Below are positions 26,148-39,918 of a DNA stretch of 64,000 nucleotides, in pieces. The notes under the pieces are model-generated. The model was not told where the DNA came from. It saw only the letters and a program-made list of their open reading frames with translations, and searched no databases. This DNA is from Phoronis australis (lineage: Eukaryota; Animalia; Phoronida): the NCBI GenBank assembly GCA_002633005.1, contig NMRA01000247.1, positions 542,201 through 606,200 on the forward strand, read 5' to 3'. The position numbers and the translations under genes are program-made. Within the stretch, counting starts at the first letter, position 1; every line of letters starts with the position of its first letter.

Positions 26148-29100
26148 GTAGCTGATTTGCTATGTACTGCTAGTTCAACACCAAAAAATATTTTGAGTTT
26201 TTGAAGATACAGTCTCAGTGAAGTTAACTCTTTGGTGGATGAAACATGATGAAAATGAAAAGCGCTCAGAGGAGTGACAATTAATTGGCAAAATAGAATG
26301 AAAAACTTACAAATGAAGTCAAATTTCAAAGTTACAAAAGACAACAAAAAAGCCGCTGGGGTACGACGACAAAGGCACAGCGGTAGTCGGTTCCATCCAA
26401 TTGTCATCAATGTCCATTGTCAACTTCATATAAATACATTTGCCAAATTTAATAAAGATCCTGCAGAGGCTTTGAGGAACACAGCCATTAATGCAAAACG
26501 CTACCACTAGTAGTCAGAGTGGTCACTAACTCATCATCAGCCACCATCTTCACAGTAGAAACATAAACGCCTATTTTCTCATCCTTAGAGTGGTTTGGTT
26601 GATAAGAGCGGCCATTCCCCAGAAAAGAGTAACAGTGAAAATGGCCATTATATGGTGCAAAATAGTCAAATCCATCCCAAAATGGCAACATGTCATAGTT
26701 TCTTTAATAGAAAGCTATTTACTAAAATTTCTCAAGGAACTTCAGAGCAACCGGAAAACGGAAAAAAATGAAATTGCCACTAGGAGGCACAGCATTCGCC
26801 CAATCTGTCTAAGAGTTGGTGTAGTCCCTTGTCAACTTCATATAGATATGCTAAATTTGATAAAGATCCTGCAGTGGGTTTAGGAGATACAGCTATGGGT
26901 GCAAAAAACAAAACTGTCACTAGGAAACGCTACAGCAGTACAAGTCCAAAAATCATCATCAACCATCACACTGAGAGCATACATGCCAATTTTCACGATC
27001 ATTTTTAGAGTGGTTTGGTTGATAGAGGGGCAGACGCTAAAAACACTCGAAACCAGTAAAAATAGCCACTAGATGGCAAAAATTATATCGAATCCATCCA
27101 AAAGCAGCAACATGTCATCGTCTCTTTAATAGAAAGCTATCTACCAAATTTCATAAAAATCTGTCAAGGAAATGAGAAAAAGAGGAAAATGGAAAAAAAT
27201 GAAATTGCCCCTAGGGAGCACCGCCTTTGCCGAATCTGTTTGAAGTTGTCATCGCCCATTGTCAACTTAATATATAATTATGCACTTGCTAAATTTAATA
27301 GAGATCCTGCAGTGGATTTATGAGATACAGCTACGGGTACAACAAAAACTGCCACAAGGAGGTAAGGAGGTGCCACAGTAGTCAAAGTCGTCGAAAAATC
27401 ATCACCAACCGTCCTCTTCACACTAAGAACATACATGCCAATTTCACAATGATTTATAGAGGCTTGGACTTGAAAACAGTAANTCGTTTGAAAAATGTTG
27501 TTAGCAATCCTCAAAATGAACACATCCAGAATATTTCATGACAATCATTCAAGCTGTTTAGGCAAACAGAGGCAAACACAAAAATAGACATTATACTAAA
27601 ATTGTCACTTGGGACACACTGAAATTCCACATTCTCGTGCGGCGCACAAACCGACGTCATTTCTGTGCAACTCTCATGTATTTAGGAAAATTGAAAACAG
27701 AGATGTTCTCAGTCAAGTTGCTGTTACCACGGCAACCACAAACGCACCTTTTCATGTCTGAAAAAGGCGGATCTCCGTGGATTTCATCACAACTGCTCAG
27801 TATCGCAGCGGTAAAAACAACAACAGCTGATACGGTCTTCCACCCACTGCGTACAACCCCAAAACAGAAAAATATTTTTAAAGGGTCTGCTGGTGGTAGC
27901 TGATATGCTATGTACTGCTAGTTCAACACCAAAATATTTGGGCATGGCCAAAATATTTTGAGATTTTGAAGATAAAATCTCAGTGAAGTTAACTCTTTGG
28001 ATGAAAATTGATGAAAATGAAAAGTGCTCAGAGGAGTGACAATTAATTGGCAAAATAGAATGAAAAACTTAGAAATGAAGTCAAATTTCAAAGTTACAAA
28101 AGGCAACAAAAAAGGCGCTGGGGGACGACGACAAAGGCACAGCGGTAGTCGGTTCCATCCAATTGTCGTCATTGTCCATTGTCAACTTCATATAAATACA
28201 ATTGCCAAATCTAATAAAGATCCTGCAGAGGCTTTGAGGAATACAGCCATTAATGCAAAACGCTACCACTAGTAGTCAGAGTAGTCACAAACTCATCAGC
28301 CACCATCTTCACAGTAGAAACATAAACGCCTATTTCCTCATCCTTAGAGTGGTTTGATTGATAGAGGGGCCAATGCCAAGAAGAGAGTAACAGTAAAAAT
28401 GGCCATTATATGGTGCAAAATAGACAAATCCATCCCAAAATGGCAACATGCCATAGTTTCTTTAAGAGAAAGCTATTTACTAAAATTTCTCAAGGAACTT
28501 CAGAGCAACCGGAAAACGGAAAAAAATGAAATTGCCACTAGGAGGCACTGTGACAGCATTCGCCCAATCTGTCTAAGAGTTGGTGTAGTCCCTTGTCAAC
28601 TTCATATAGATACATTTGCTAAATTTAATAAAGATCCTGCAGTGGGTTTAGGAGATACAGCTATGGGTGCAAAAAACAAAACTGTCACTAGGAAACGCCA
28701 CAGCAGTCCAAGTCGTCGAAAAATCATCATCAACCATCACACTGAGAGCATACATGCCAATTTTCACGATCATTTTTAGAGTGGTTTGGTTGATAGAGGG
28801 GCAGACGCTAAAAACACTCGAAACCAGTAAAAATAGCCACTAGATGGCAAAAAATATATCGAATCCATACGAAAGCATCAACATGTCATCGTCTCTTTAA
28901 TAGAAAGCTATCTACCAAATTTCATAAAAATCTGTCAAGGAAATGAGAAAAAGAGGAAAATGGAAAAAAATGAAATTGCCACTAGGGAGCACAGCCTTTG
29001 CCGGATCTGTTTGAAGTTGTCATCGCCTGTTGTCAACTTAATATATATGCACTTGCTAAATTTAATATAGATCCTGCAGTGGACTTATGAGATACAGCTA

Positions 29101-29258
29101 TGGGTACAACAAAAACTGCCACAAGGAGGTGCCACAATAGTCAAAGTCGTTGAAAAATCATCACCAGCCGCCTTCTTCACACTAAGAACATATATGCCAA
29201 TTTCATAATCATCCTTAGAGTGGTTTGGTTTATAGAGGTGTGGACTTGAAAACTGTAA
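26148..29258. repeat. ~1.35-kb direct duplication (26148-27482 vs 27896-29258)
   Basis: The two blocks are near-identical and both made of HINE-family modules; a single N at 27483 ends the first copy. Confidence 0.85.
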
Positions 29259-29958
29259 AAAATGGCCACAAGGCGAGGCATGCGAAATCCATTTATTTAA
29301 GACAACCCTTACTTGCCGGAGGACACGTTTGAATCCTCTGCAGCAAATGTTCGTAATATTCAGTTAATTTTATCTGCTCAACACTTGAAAAGTCTTTGTT
29401 GAGAACAAAATGGCCACTAGGAGGTGCTACAATGGTCAAATCTGTCCGAAAAATTTAACAGTGCCATCGCACAGTCACCACATACCTCTGGGTCAACAAC
29501 TTTCCTTGAAATTCTTCAATCAGTTCTACATATCATCCAGAAATGCTTTCACACAAAAATGGCCACTAGGAGGTGCAAAATACCTCCAATACATCCGAAA
29601 ATGGGAGGATAGCTTCATCTCAGTAATAGATTTCCACATACCAAATTTTATGGAAGTAAACATAAAAAACTCATGAAAGTTCTTCCACAATTTCCAAAAT
29701 TTTGTTCCTGGCCTTCTTGTTATTATTTGCCGTTTAATTATAACAATTTGCTTAAATTCCAAAAAGTTCCATCTCAACAGCAAATAGAAAATCAGTCCAG
29801 ACATGTCAGTGGCGAAGAAATGCCCGATTGGACGTTGCTATTTACAGAACTACCCTGAATACCAGAGAAACTTGGATTCATATAGAGGTATCAAAGCTGT
29901 CTTGAATAACTAAAGACTTGGAGAAATGTTCTTTCGCCAACTAAAAAAACAAACTCAC

Positions 29959-29994
29959 TTGCATCCCTTGCGTCTTCTCCATTTTCAGGAACAG
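29959..29994 (-). CDS. TNFR-superfamily gene, juxtamembrane cytoplasmic exon ((A)VPENGEDARDA)
   Basis: 36 nt, acceptor atttttaag, donor A|gtgagt, phase 1-1. Confidence 0.65.
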
Positions 29995-31486
29995 CTTAAA
30001 AATAAAAAATAAGGAAGTCAATAAAAATCAAACACTAAATGACCCACAAGAAATACAACAAGAGTGAAGCAAACCGTTAAGTTACGATCCTACTGTGTGC
30101 ATGGCAAACAGCAGACAAGGCCACCCATTGCGTACAACCCCAAAACAGAAAAATATTTTAAAAAAGTTTTGGCTTGTTTTAGCAACAGGTATACTAAAGG
30201 GTATCAAATCTCTTGAGACGAATTAATTTAATTTCTTTTTGAGATACAGAGTCATGGTGGGAACTCTTTAAGATCCACACACCCTCATATTATCTGCAAG
30301 GCCCAAGAAAAATGGCGTCTGAAGTTGTGGACATGGTGTCCAGACTTACTAAGCTATCTTTCGGAAAAAGAATTTTTGTTGCACTAAAAGTTATAATAAA
30401 TAGTTAATTAGCAGGCATCTTAATCAATAACCCCATGCAGTTTCATGTTGCATCATTTTAATTTGATTGGCGATTTGAATGAAATAAACTTGTAACAGAT
30501 GTTGCGTTCAAAATTTTAAATAAATGAATTTTGGGGTCCTCGTTTGGATCCCCAGGGACAAAACCCCAGGATTGTGCAACTCAGGACACCCCTTTCCTTC
30601 AATGGTAGTTCGATTTACAATAAAATTTTCACTCGCATCTTTTGCACTCAAAAGTGAGCATGGTTAAAGTCCTACTGGCTCTCCAGTTACATAGTCTTTT
30701 GGTTAGCATCGCTTGTGCTGGAGGAAGTCCTTCGTGAGTTTCATCTGATTATCTAAAAGAGCTACTCACTACTCCAAAACATAACTTAGACAGAAATTTT
30801 AGAACAGCGAGAAAAAAAGGAGGAAATATTAGAAATTTCAGGAAAAAAGTAGGAAAAGTAGAAATGCTTGAAAGCCTGCAATGAGCTTAGATAATTGAAG
30901 GAACATCTTAAGCCAGGCACTATAGTCATTGTACACGAGGATTACAGTGAAAACTATTCTATCAAAAAACAAGAAATCATTGTCTGCCCATTGCTGTGTT
31001 GAACAAGTTACATTGTTCAGTGTCATTGTCTACTATCGTGAAGTTCTTGGAGGTGACTTGAGACTTAACTAAGAGCTATGTGTTGTTCAGATAGGTCAAT
31101 ACAACACAAGGAAAGTGTATAATGGTACAAGCACAGACTGGAATTTCAATGCCACAGCATTAGGCAAAGGACCTCTATTGATGGAGGGAAGCGCTAAAAT
31201 GAAACCTAGTCGTGCATAATGCAAAACAGTTTGCCACTGCTGCAGATGAGCTGAATGAAAACACATTCGTAATGCTCATGGAACAGCTGTAATTCGGCGC
31301 TCCATATTTGTAAAAGAAAGAAGGGTTAACTGCAAGTCTGTCACAGGAAAAAATTCAGAGTTTTGGGATCGTACTGTCGTTCTTGATGTGCATCGGGTAA
31401 AACAGAATTGCAATGATCCTCAAGATAACATCCATATGGCAACCAGAGAATGCACTTAAACTAGTTAGTGAGGATTTTGTTGTTGT

Positions 31487-31650
31487 TTATGGGAATTATA
31501 GATCTACTACATGATATCTAGGTCAAGTTATGGGAATTATAGATCTACTACATGATATCTAGGTCAAGTTATGGCCGGGAATTATAGATCTACTACATGA
31601 TATCTAGGTCAAGTTATGGGAATTATAGATGTACTACATGATAACTAGGT
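31487..31650. repeat. Minisatellite, ~41-bp unit x4
   Basis: Unit TTATGGGAATTATAGATCTACTACATGATATCTAGGTCAAG in near-perfect tandem copies. Confidence 0.9.
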
Positions 31651-32747
31651 CATATGTTATAAAAACTGACGAGACTTTCAATGAGTACGAAGTGTCCTTT
31701 ATGCATATGCAAAATGACAATGATTCTGAGTTCATATTTCCTGAAAAATAGATGCTTCAAGGTAAAAAGATAACAAAGCAAACGACTTGCGAAGAACTCA
31801 GGTGTAGATAACCACCACAGGTAAATCTTCAGTGAGTCATTACTGTGACTAACTAAAGAATTCAATTAGATATTATGTAAGTACAATATATGGCTGGCTT
31901 TAAGACATATTAAAACTTTGATTGTTTCAATAAATATTGGTTTATGTTTCCCAAAAATGTCATTATTGTCATATAAGCTGTACGATAAAAGATCGACTGC
32001 ACGATTCTTTTCTCTTAAAGACAACAGTAAAATTACTATTTTATTATTTCAAGTGTAAACTAGAGTCTGTAAAATTTTCATAACAGCCACATCTGGCAGG
32101 ACACCAAGGTACATATTAATTAAAATATTTCAGTTACTCTCTTCAAAGCTAGTTCAAATCACTTGTTATAGCAACGTATACAGAAGTAAAGTTGATGCAT
32201 CTAAGTTATAAATTTTTGAAATAGAATCACTTTGCGTTGTTTTTGATAAACCCATGTCCACAGGTAGGATTTTTAATTCTTGTGTTTTGCATGTATCTAA
32301 TTATAACATTAATTGTTTTGTTTGCTATACTTAAGAAGATACATATACATTACATCCCTGTGTAAAAACCTGAATAATTCTAGCAATATTTTTTACACAA
32401 GGAAAACGTCAACATGTCATGTCCAGCAGGAAATCAGTAAAATGAAATGGCCCTGCGTAGTCTAAGATCCAAGATTGTGGATCAGCCATCTAACCAGAGC
32501 TTAAATGTGAAATTCTGGATCATCCATCCCACAAAAACGTACATGAGAAATTCTGGATCAGACATATGAGAGAACTTACATGTGGAATTATGAATCAGGC
32601 ACTTGGAGAGAACTTGCATGAGAAAATGTGGATTAGGATCTGATGAGAACTTACTTGTGAAATCATTAGCATCAGACATCTGATCGGAGACAGGTAAACG
32701 GTGTATTTAAGAATAACACATTTTACATTGCATGTCTTACAACATAC

Positions 32748-32828
32748 CCCTTTGCTTCTGTTTACAACGTCTCCTGATATGACGTACCACTCCAAACACA
32801 AGAACTAGTAGCAACAAAGCCACCGCCA
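32748..32828 (-). CDS. TNFR-superfamily gene, transmembrane exon ((V)AVALLLLVLVFGVVRHIRRRCKQKQR)
   Basis: 81 nt, acceptor tattttgtag, donor G|gtatgt, phase 1-1; hydrophobic run followed by a basic stop-transfer cluster. Confidence 0.85.
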
Positions 32829-35172
32829 CTACAAAATACAAATAATATATGATTGAGGAAGTTGTGTAATAAAAGAACTAAACGCACAAGCATTGGCCTT
32901 CATCAGTGCTACAGGATACTTATTTTTAGTGCCATTTAGTTTGTTCATCTCACTTTCAGATTATTTACAAAGTTCACAGTCATCTCTTCGCTAGTCAGCC
33001 GATGCTGGGACGATCGTCAATAGTCACAATTTGTGATTGTCGACAGTATTTTCACATCAGTAGCAGTACCGAGTATATGTTGCAGAACAGAATTATTTTA
33101 AGAAGGCTCCTTTTCAGGTGTCGAGACAAGGCCATGCCCCTAGGGAGGAGCACATGACGAAAAGGGCTATTGTCGATATTTTATTTTGAGGACCTGAAGA
33201 AAAGGACTTTGTGTCGCCATTTTTTCAAAAAGTTTAATTACAATTAAAGCTACGGACCTTCTCTAACAGTATCAATGCTTGGCTTGGGAAGGACATTGTG
33301 GCAAACAATGCAAATTTCCATATTTTTACTAACTTCATCAGCAATTTAACTGGACTCCACAGCCAAACGAGAGTATGACAATCCTGGATATATTGAGAAA
33401 GGTATACTTGCAAAGATATACCTAGGTCTCAAAACCCCAGTCGCCAGCCATTAAATCATGTAGCTCTTCCCAAACTTAAGTCACCCACCCGTTTCGTGTC
33501 GGTCACAACAGAAAACTGGCGGTCACGAATTCAAGAACTACCAGAAAAACGGCAAAATTAAGCACGTCTGTAATTCTGGGATTAATGTCAGGTATGATAC
33601 AACCTTATGTTTCAATATGCCTCTAATACTCTTGACACGTCACCAGTCAAAAACATCACCGAATTGGGTACCGCAATTGAAAAAAACATTCTTGTCAACA
33701 GGTTGAGAAAAAACCCTCTTGGAGGAACAGAACGAATTTAAAAGCCATGTAGATCGGTGATCGCTATCGATTGTTCCACTCACGGCATGATAAAACGTTA
33801 ACAATACAATGATGTTTCAATTAATTCTTAAACGAACCACTTACCAAACCTTGTGGTAGAAAAATATATTTATTTTTCATGTAAGATATCCCCAACAATT
33901 ACACTGCAGGAATGGGCATTTCCGGTGTTGGTGGGCAATGTCCCGGCAGACAACCATGACTTGGAACTGTCATCAATTAACAGCTCATTTCAATTAGCGT
34001 CTCGTACATTGTTTATTGCAAAAAGACAGCAAACGTGGAAATGACACCCCTATCAATCACCAAACAATGGCCACATCCTTATCTTTCACCAGAGCAGTGA
34101 CGTCGAATCCTGAAGAAATGCTCGAGCCCGTCTTTCTGGGACTGATAACACGCATGTCTATGACTGAGCTGTCAATCACATGTAACGTGTACTCCAATGA
34201 TTCAGGTGTGGGAACTAATGCATGCATCCCACTACAAGGCCGCACGGCAAAAGAGAACGGCGACAGTCCTTAACACAAGAGCACTGGCTTGGCTTTGTTA
34301 AGCAACCGGGGTTCATTTAACAAGAACTTAGATCCTCGTGGGGCTGCGAAACTATAACTTGACTTAATATGCTATGGTCAGATGACAGAGGAATCATACA
34401 TACATAATTTAAATTATTGTTATTGTACACCTTTTCCCTGTACGGTTCTGTGGAAGGGGAACCTGGTTTCACAGCCCCTGACAAGTAAGTAGATTATTTT
34501 ACAATTTCGTGGCAAATTCACCAAAATGTTCACGTGCACGTTATTTAGTCTTTTCGTTGCAGCCGACTAAACTGACTGTTTTATGTTTGACATGTCTCCA
34601 GTACATACACGACGGGCCTGATTGGGTTCCAAGCCACTGGGTTATAATGAGCGTTTTGTATATAGAAGTGAAAAAATTCGCAAGTCTAAAATTACCTCAT
34701 GGCTATACTCTTCTGTCTGTATATCTCAAACAGACTCCACACAGTCCCGCGACCTACATGTACCTCCGTAAGTAGGCCTACTGAACTTTGTAGGTTACTG
34801 TATGTTCAAAATTTCTATAAATCCGTTACAGCAAAAAACAACTCATTTCTTTAAGAACTCAATGTATTTGTAAGGGTTTTAAAATCAAATTTTGGTGATT
34901 TATTGGTGTAAAACGATGATTTCAAGCAATAAGGTGACACCAGTAAGCATCTTGTGAATTTCTGAGCAGAGTGTTAGTTAATTTTAGCACCTCTGTCTGC
35001 AATATGATGTTGGGTAAAAGAACTGCACTTGCTGTTATCCAGTAGATACAAAATACATTGTTTTTGGTGGCATTCTCTTTTAACTGGAGTTTTAAGTCAA
35101 TAGATTCTGATATGGAACAGTCAATGAGTTCAATTAACACACAGATACCCACTGCTACCATCCAGTACTAAC

Positions 35173-35211
35173 CTTTGCCTGCTATGATCCACCCAGACAC
35201 TTTGATGGAAA
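35173..35211 (-). CDS. TNFR-superfamily gene, stalk/TM-start exon ((V)SIKVSGWIIAGK)
   Basis: 39 nt, acceptor ttttttttcag, donor AG|gttagt, phase 1-1. A GC donor 6 nt earlier is also possible. Confidence 0.7.
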
Positions 35212-36157
35212 CTGAAAAAAAAAGAATTCACAAGTTAATTGATAGTTTCTTCAGATATTCACAGCCTAAGAAAATTGCAGTCTTGTGTCTGTAACACTAC
35301 ACTGTAACCAAAAACACAAGAGGGCACATGAAATACTATTTCCCATTCTTGCCACTATTCTAGATCCAAATTGGTTAGTCACTCGTTATTTTAATGCCAA
35401 TTAAGTGTCACCACCACTGCATTGACTTGCAATGCTTCCACAAAAATACTGGCAAGCTGAGCTTATAAATTCTTCACTTGTCAATCAGCTCAAAAGTGGT
35501 CACAGCAGCTGAACATACAATACACTATTTCTATCTTCGCAAACATGATGAGTTAATTTTAAGATGCGACTGTCGACTTATTTTTCATTAACCTCTCAGC
35601 CCACTTCACACACAGCCACTGGTACATGACACACTCTCCCATTCAAGTTACACTGCAATCTTTGGCCATTATAAACAAGGCACAGGTATTCAAATCTAGT
35701 TCACATGCAAGCTATTATACAGTTACACTGTTACATATAGCTGAAGGCACTGCAAAGCAAACAGCTGGGACTCCAAACCAACAGAGCAACTTCAGTGAAC
35801 AACAACAAAAAAGTCTGCAGTTACAATTCCCTACTCTAAAACGATGAGTGCCCCTCCCCCACAATTGTAACTTGAAAATGCCAGACTTTTTGTAGGGCAG
35901 CTCAGATTTCTATCGTCAAATGACTTTTTGTGAATTCAAATATAAAGACGGCACTGCCTGTCAAGATGTCTAATGGTTGAAGTTCTTTCCTAGCTAAACC
36001 CTAACTGTGGAGATGAGCCATGAGTTCTAGTTGCAGTGTGTAATTTTGACAATTATCAATGACAAGTGCTACAGGAAAGTTATACTGACTCTTCAAAAAT
36101 TGACTATTTCAATATCTTTTAAACAGAAACTAAATTGTAAGGCTTACCCAAACTCAC

Positions 36158-36241
36158 CTGGATTGCATATCTTTGTTCCAGATTCATCAGTATGTGACCC
36201 ATTGACACAAGGTTGACAAACTGCATCACTTATTTTAGTGC
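36158..36241 (-). CDS. TNFR-superfamily gene, CRD exon ((G)TKISDAVCQPCVNGSHTDESGTKICNP)
   Basis: 84 nt, acceptor ttttccgcag, donor G|gtgagt; completes the GT.xSD.VC..C CRD motif begun in the previous exon. Confidence 0.9.
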
Positions 36242-36599
36242 CTGCGGAAAATGTACAGGAGAAAAATAAGGAGCTCGCACCAGGAAAAAAGTGCAGGGCA
36301 CAATTTTTTTAACCACAGTGCTGCGACTCGCAAGAGTGGCAGCATGTTAAATTTACAAGTATACCGAGTACAGCTGTCAGAATGCGTTATTCAAATATAC
36401 TAATGTTGAAGATGTCAAACCACAGTTCTAGATGTCAGAATCATCCGAAGACCCAATATGTTGATTTAAAAAACATTATATGTATGCAATTCAGTAAAAA
36501 AAGTTCCACCTAGCTAAAAAGGGTCAATACACAATTGCAAATTTTGTATCTATAGAGGAAGATCTAATTTTAACTTTCTTGGAATAAAACTTATAAACA

Positions 36600-36920
36600 T
36601 ACCAAACAATATTTCGCAGTTCTGTCACTTACCTAGTGTTAATGTCTACCAAGTTCCATAATAGATGTTCATGAAATTTGGTAAATAAGTTACTATCACA
36701 GCACCGGACGTTTCACACACACCCTATAAGGATAATGATCAAAATTTCGTAGTTATGTCACTTACTTAACTGCGAAATCGTGTACACACCCTACAAGGAT
36801 ACCGATCCAAATTTCGCAGTTATGTCACTTACTTAACTGCAAAATCGCACACACACCCTATAAAGATATAAAGATATCACCAAAATTTCGCAGGTATGTC
36901 ACTTACTTAATTGCGAAGTA
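36600..36920. repeat. ~60-bp tandem array; the same unit occurs inverted at ~45170-45700 and ~46596-46850
   Basis: Repeated AATTTCGCAGTTATGTCACTTACTTAACTGCGAAATCG..ACACCCTATAAGGAT. Confidence 0.75.
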
Positions 36921-37057
36921 GTGTTGGGCACACAGTTTACCAATTAAGACACTCATGCGTGGTTGTTCATTTCACTTGAAAAATTTGGTGAACAGCAGTG
37001 TGAGGAGTAGACTGACACTGTTGTTGGTTTTATTATTTTGTTCTATTATTCTGTTTG

Positions 37058-38177
37058 TGTCATGACAGGGTTCTCTCATTCAGTGACTTTAGCAGGCATA
37101 GAGGGTGGTAAGCATATATGATAACATCTAGCTCCATTGTTAACTGCCAAGCACAATCTCTTGTCTGGTATGACAACAGTCAGGTCAATTATCTACCAGG
37201 CTTATTATAAAACAACCACATGTGAACAGTCAAACCCAGGGCGAATTGGTACGTTCCGAAAGAATAGATTGTCTAACGTCGGTTGTAGTTAGGCAATTTT
37301 GGCGATTCAAAAACCAAACATGATCAGCATTTGATGAGGAATTCAGATATGCTATTGGTTTAAGTTCAAATATGTTATTACTTAACTGTTATTTTAAACT
37401 GCACATCCAGTTGTGGCTAGAAAGATCTTATAGGAGATTAGAGCAATTATCGAACAAAAGAGAACTGGCCCTTCAACCATAAATGCTAGAATGGAGTTAA
37501 TCAGTAGGGTGTAAGATTTTGGCTACAGGGGTCATCTTCCCAACTTGTTAGGTTATAGAATAGAACAAGCTGGAATCAAGGGGAAAACACCATAGTATTG
37601 TTCTTGATTGGCAGGACCCCTAAGGTCAAGACAATGATGATGTAATTTGTTTAGGAAAGAATAGAGTGGATCTAGCATGCAAGTGATTAATGTAATCTGG
37701 AACATTCTAGCAGACACTAGTATATGTTTGCAGAATGATTGGGTAGAGTGCGGAAAGTTCTAGAATGTCCTTGAATTGGTGAAAAGTTCTAGAACAATGC
37801 ATTAGTCTATATACACAAGCACGGGTTTGCAAGTTATTTAAATGTTGAAGATCAGTTAAAAATTGAACATCAGTTAGTTACAAGAGTTATAGTTGAGTTG
37901 CACTGAAGAGAATCAGCAGTTAGAGCAACAGTCAATAAAGAGTCTGAGCTACAAAGACAGCAGTGTAACAGTTGCTGAAAGTGTCTCAGAAATTCGTCAC
38001 AAGTCAAGGCTTCACAGCACTGTCTGGAGCATAAAACAGACAGGCTTGTGAATGTACAGTCAGGATATAATAAAGTTATTAACTCGAACCAGTCTTCAGT
38101 CTATTGTCGCGCCAAAAGATATTAGCACCGGTCAGTAACCACCTGCGCCTGCACTAACTCACGGGGAAAATGTGACA
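37058..38177 (+). mobile_element. Probable solo LTR (Gypsy-like), with an inverted related partial copy at 38339-~38700
   Basis: TGTCA...TGACA termini and AATAAA signals; 38339-38640 is a diverged reverse complement of ~37880-38177. No TSD recognised. Confidence 0.5.
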
Positions 38178-39918
38178 CGGAATTAGCGATCTTGTAACTT
38201 AAAACAAAGAACACACGCTGTTTCGTCACCTAGGACATATCTTTTACAAGATGTTGCTTCAGAGCCGGATGCACACTTAGTATTTGATGTATTATGTGGT
38301 ATCAAACATCCTAGATTTGCTAAACAACTGCTGCCAAGTGTCACGTTTTTCCCAGTGTGTGGGTGGGCGCAGGTAATGTTACAGACGGGTGCTAATAGCT
38401 TTCGGTGCGACGATTGACTATAGACTGGTTCGAGTTAATCCTTCATTAATCCTGACCGTACGTTCACAAGCCTACTCAAACAAAACGTCTGACGTAATGT
38501 CTGTTTATGCTCCAGCCAATGCTGCGAAGCCTTGCCTTGTGATGAACTTCTGAGACACGTTCAGCAACTGTTACACTCGTCGATTCAATAACCTGCTGTC
38601 TCTATAGCTGGCTCTCTATTGACTATCGCTGTAACTACTGATTCTCTTCACTGCAACTCAACTGTAGTTCTCCTGATTAACTTTCTTGAACTTCTGATGA
38701 ACTGACTTGATCTTCTCTTGAACTGACTTGATCTTTTCTTGAACTGACTTGATCTCACTGACTTGATGTCACTGACAGAATAACAAAACAAAACAAAACA
38801 ATACAACTAAAAATACTGTCAAACTATATTCTGACACCGAGCACTATTGAAGGAATGACCGACAGCATGATGTCAAACTCACGCGGGATGAAAGCATTGA
38901 ATTGGGATAAGTGGTGGAGGAGGGAAAGAATCCTGCGCAAACATTTCAGTGGTACGAAAAATACTTGTCTAGAAGATAGACTACATGCGGTAAAAACGGT
39001 ATTGCAAGAACAAGATGTGAACATCAGTTATGAAACGAGAAGCCAAGAAGCAAAAGCTAAGAATAAAAATAAGAGACAAATTTTAAGTTTTGTCTCAAAA
39101 TTGACTGTAATTTAAGATTTGTTTTAGTAACGTAACTTTTCTTGTTTGTATGAAACACCATGGACATAACTTTATGGTGTTATCCAGTAACGTACATTTT
39201 GTTTTTAGTCCCTTTCTAATAAGTAGATTAGTTTTCCATATTCATACGTTTGTCAACAGCAAGAGATCCTGGAGTTGTCTAATAAACAAAATAAAACTCA
39301 GTTAATTTTTTATAAATCGACAAACAAATTTTATTCACGATAATTACGGTAAAACCACTCGAATATTCATGGTAAGTTTTATACGATTTTTGGATGAACA
39401 TGCTCTGTCCCCACTTCACCTAGACCATGTTTTTTGTAAGAAACCAAGACCACTCAAGACACTGTGAGATATCGCCATGTACTTTCAAGGGACGTATGTC
39501 GTCAGTGGCAGATCTAGGATATTATAATGGGGCCTAACATTTTGTCGCGAATGGACATAGCGTGAATGGGGAGGGGGTCGATAGGGGGTTTGCCCCATGT
39601 GCCCAGAGAAAAGTTGTTTTTGCCTTTGAAAACAAGCATTTTTCGTGATTCCTAAAATAAAGTCGGCCCTCGAGGGCTCTACTTTGGCCAGGTGGCTATT
39701 TGCAGCTAGCGCGGCAAAATCACACTACCAAAATCGCATTCTGAAATTCGACGCCACCGCTTGGCAAACTCAAGTTGCACTAAAAAACGCTCTTGACTCT
39801 AGGCTTTCACCTGCTCATACGGTTTCTTTTGTCCCAGACTCAAAATTTATGTGGTCATGAAGCATACTCAAATATTCATATATGAATGATAACACTCTGT
39901 GTGTATTAAACTTTTTTA

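Noticed and set aside
16446-29858. Many similar 60-145 aa ORFs (KMATRW, KIATRG motifs)
   Set aside because: Chance frames through non-coding HINE tandem modules, appearing on both strands.
31487-31650. Regular repeats with an internal palindrome, superficially CRISPR-like
   Set aside because: The units are contiguous with no unique spacers, there are no cas genes and the context is eukaryotic: a minisatellite.
34922-35161. Hydrophobic ORF MVAVGICVLI as the TNFR transmembrane segment
   Set aside because: It follows an in-frame TAG just past a good donor; a better TM exon with basic stop-transfer residues lies at 32828-32748.
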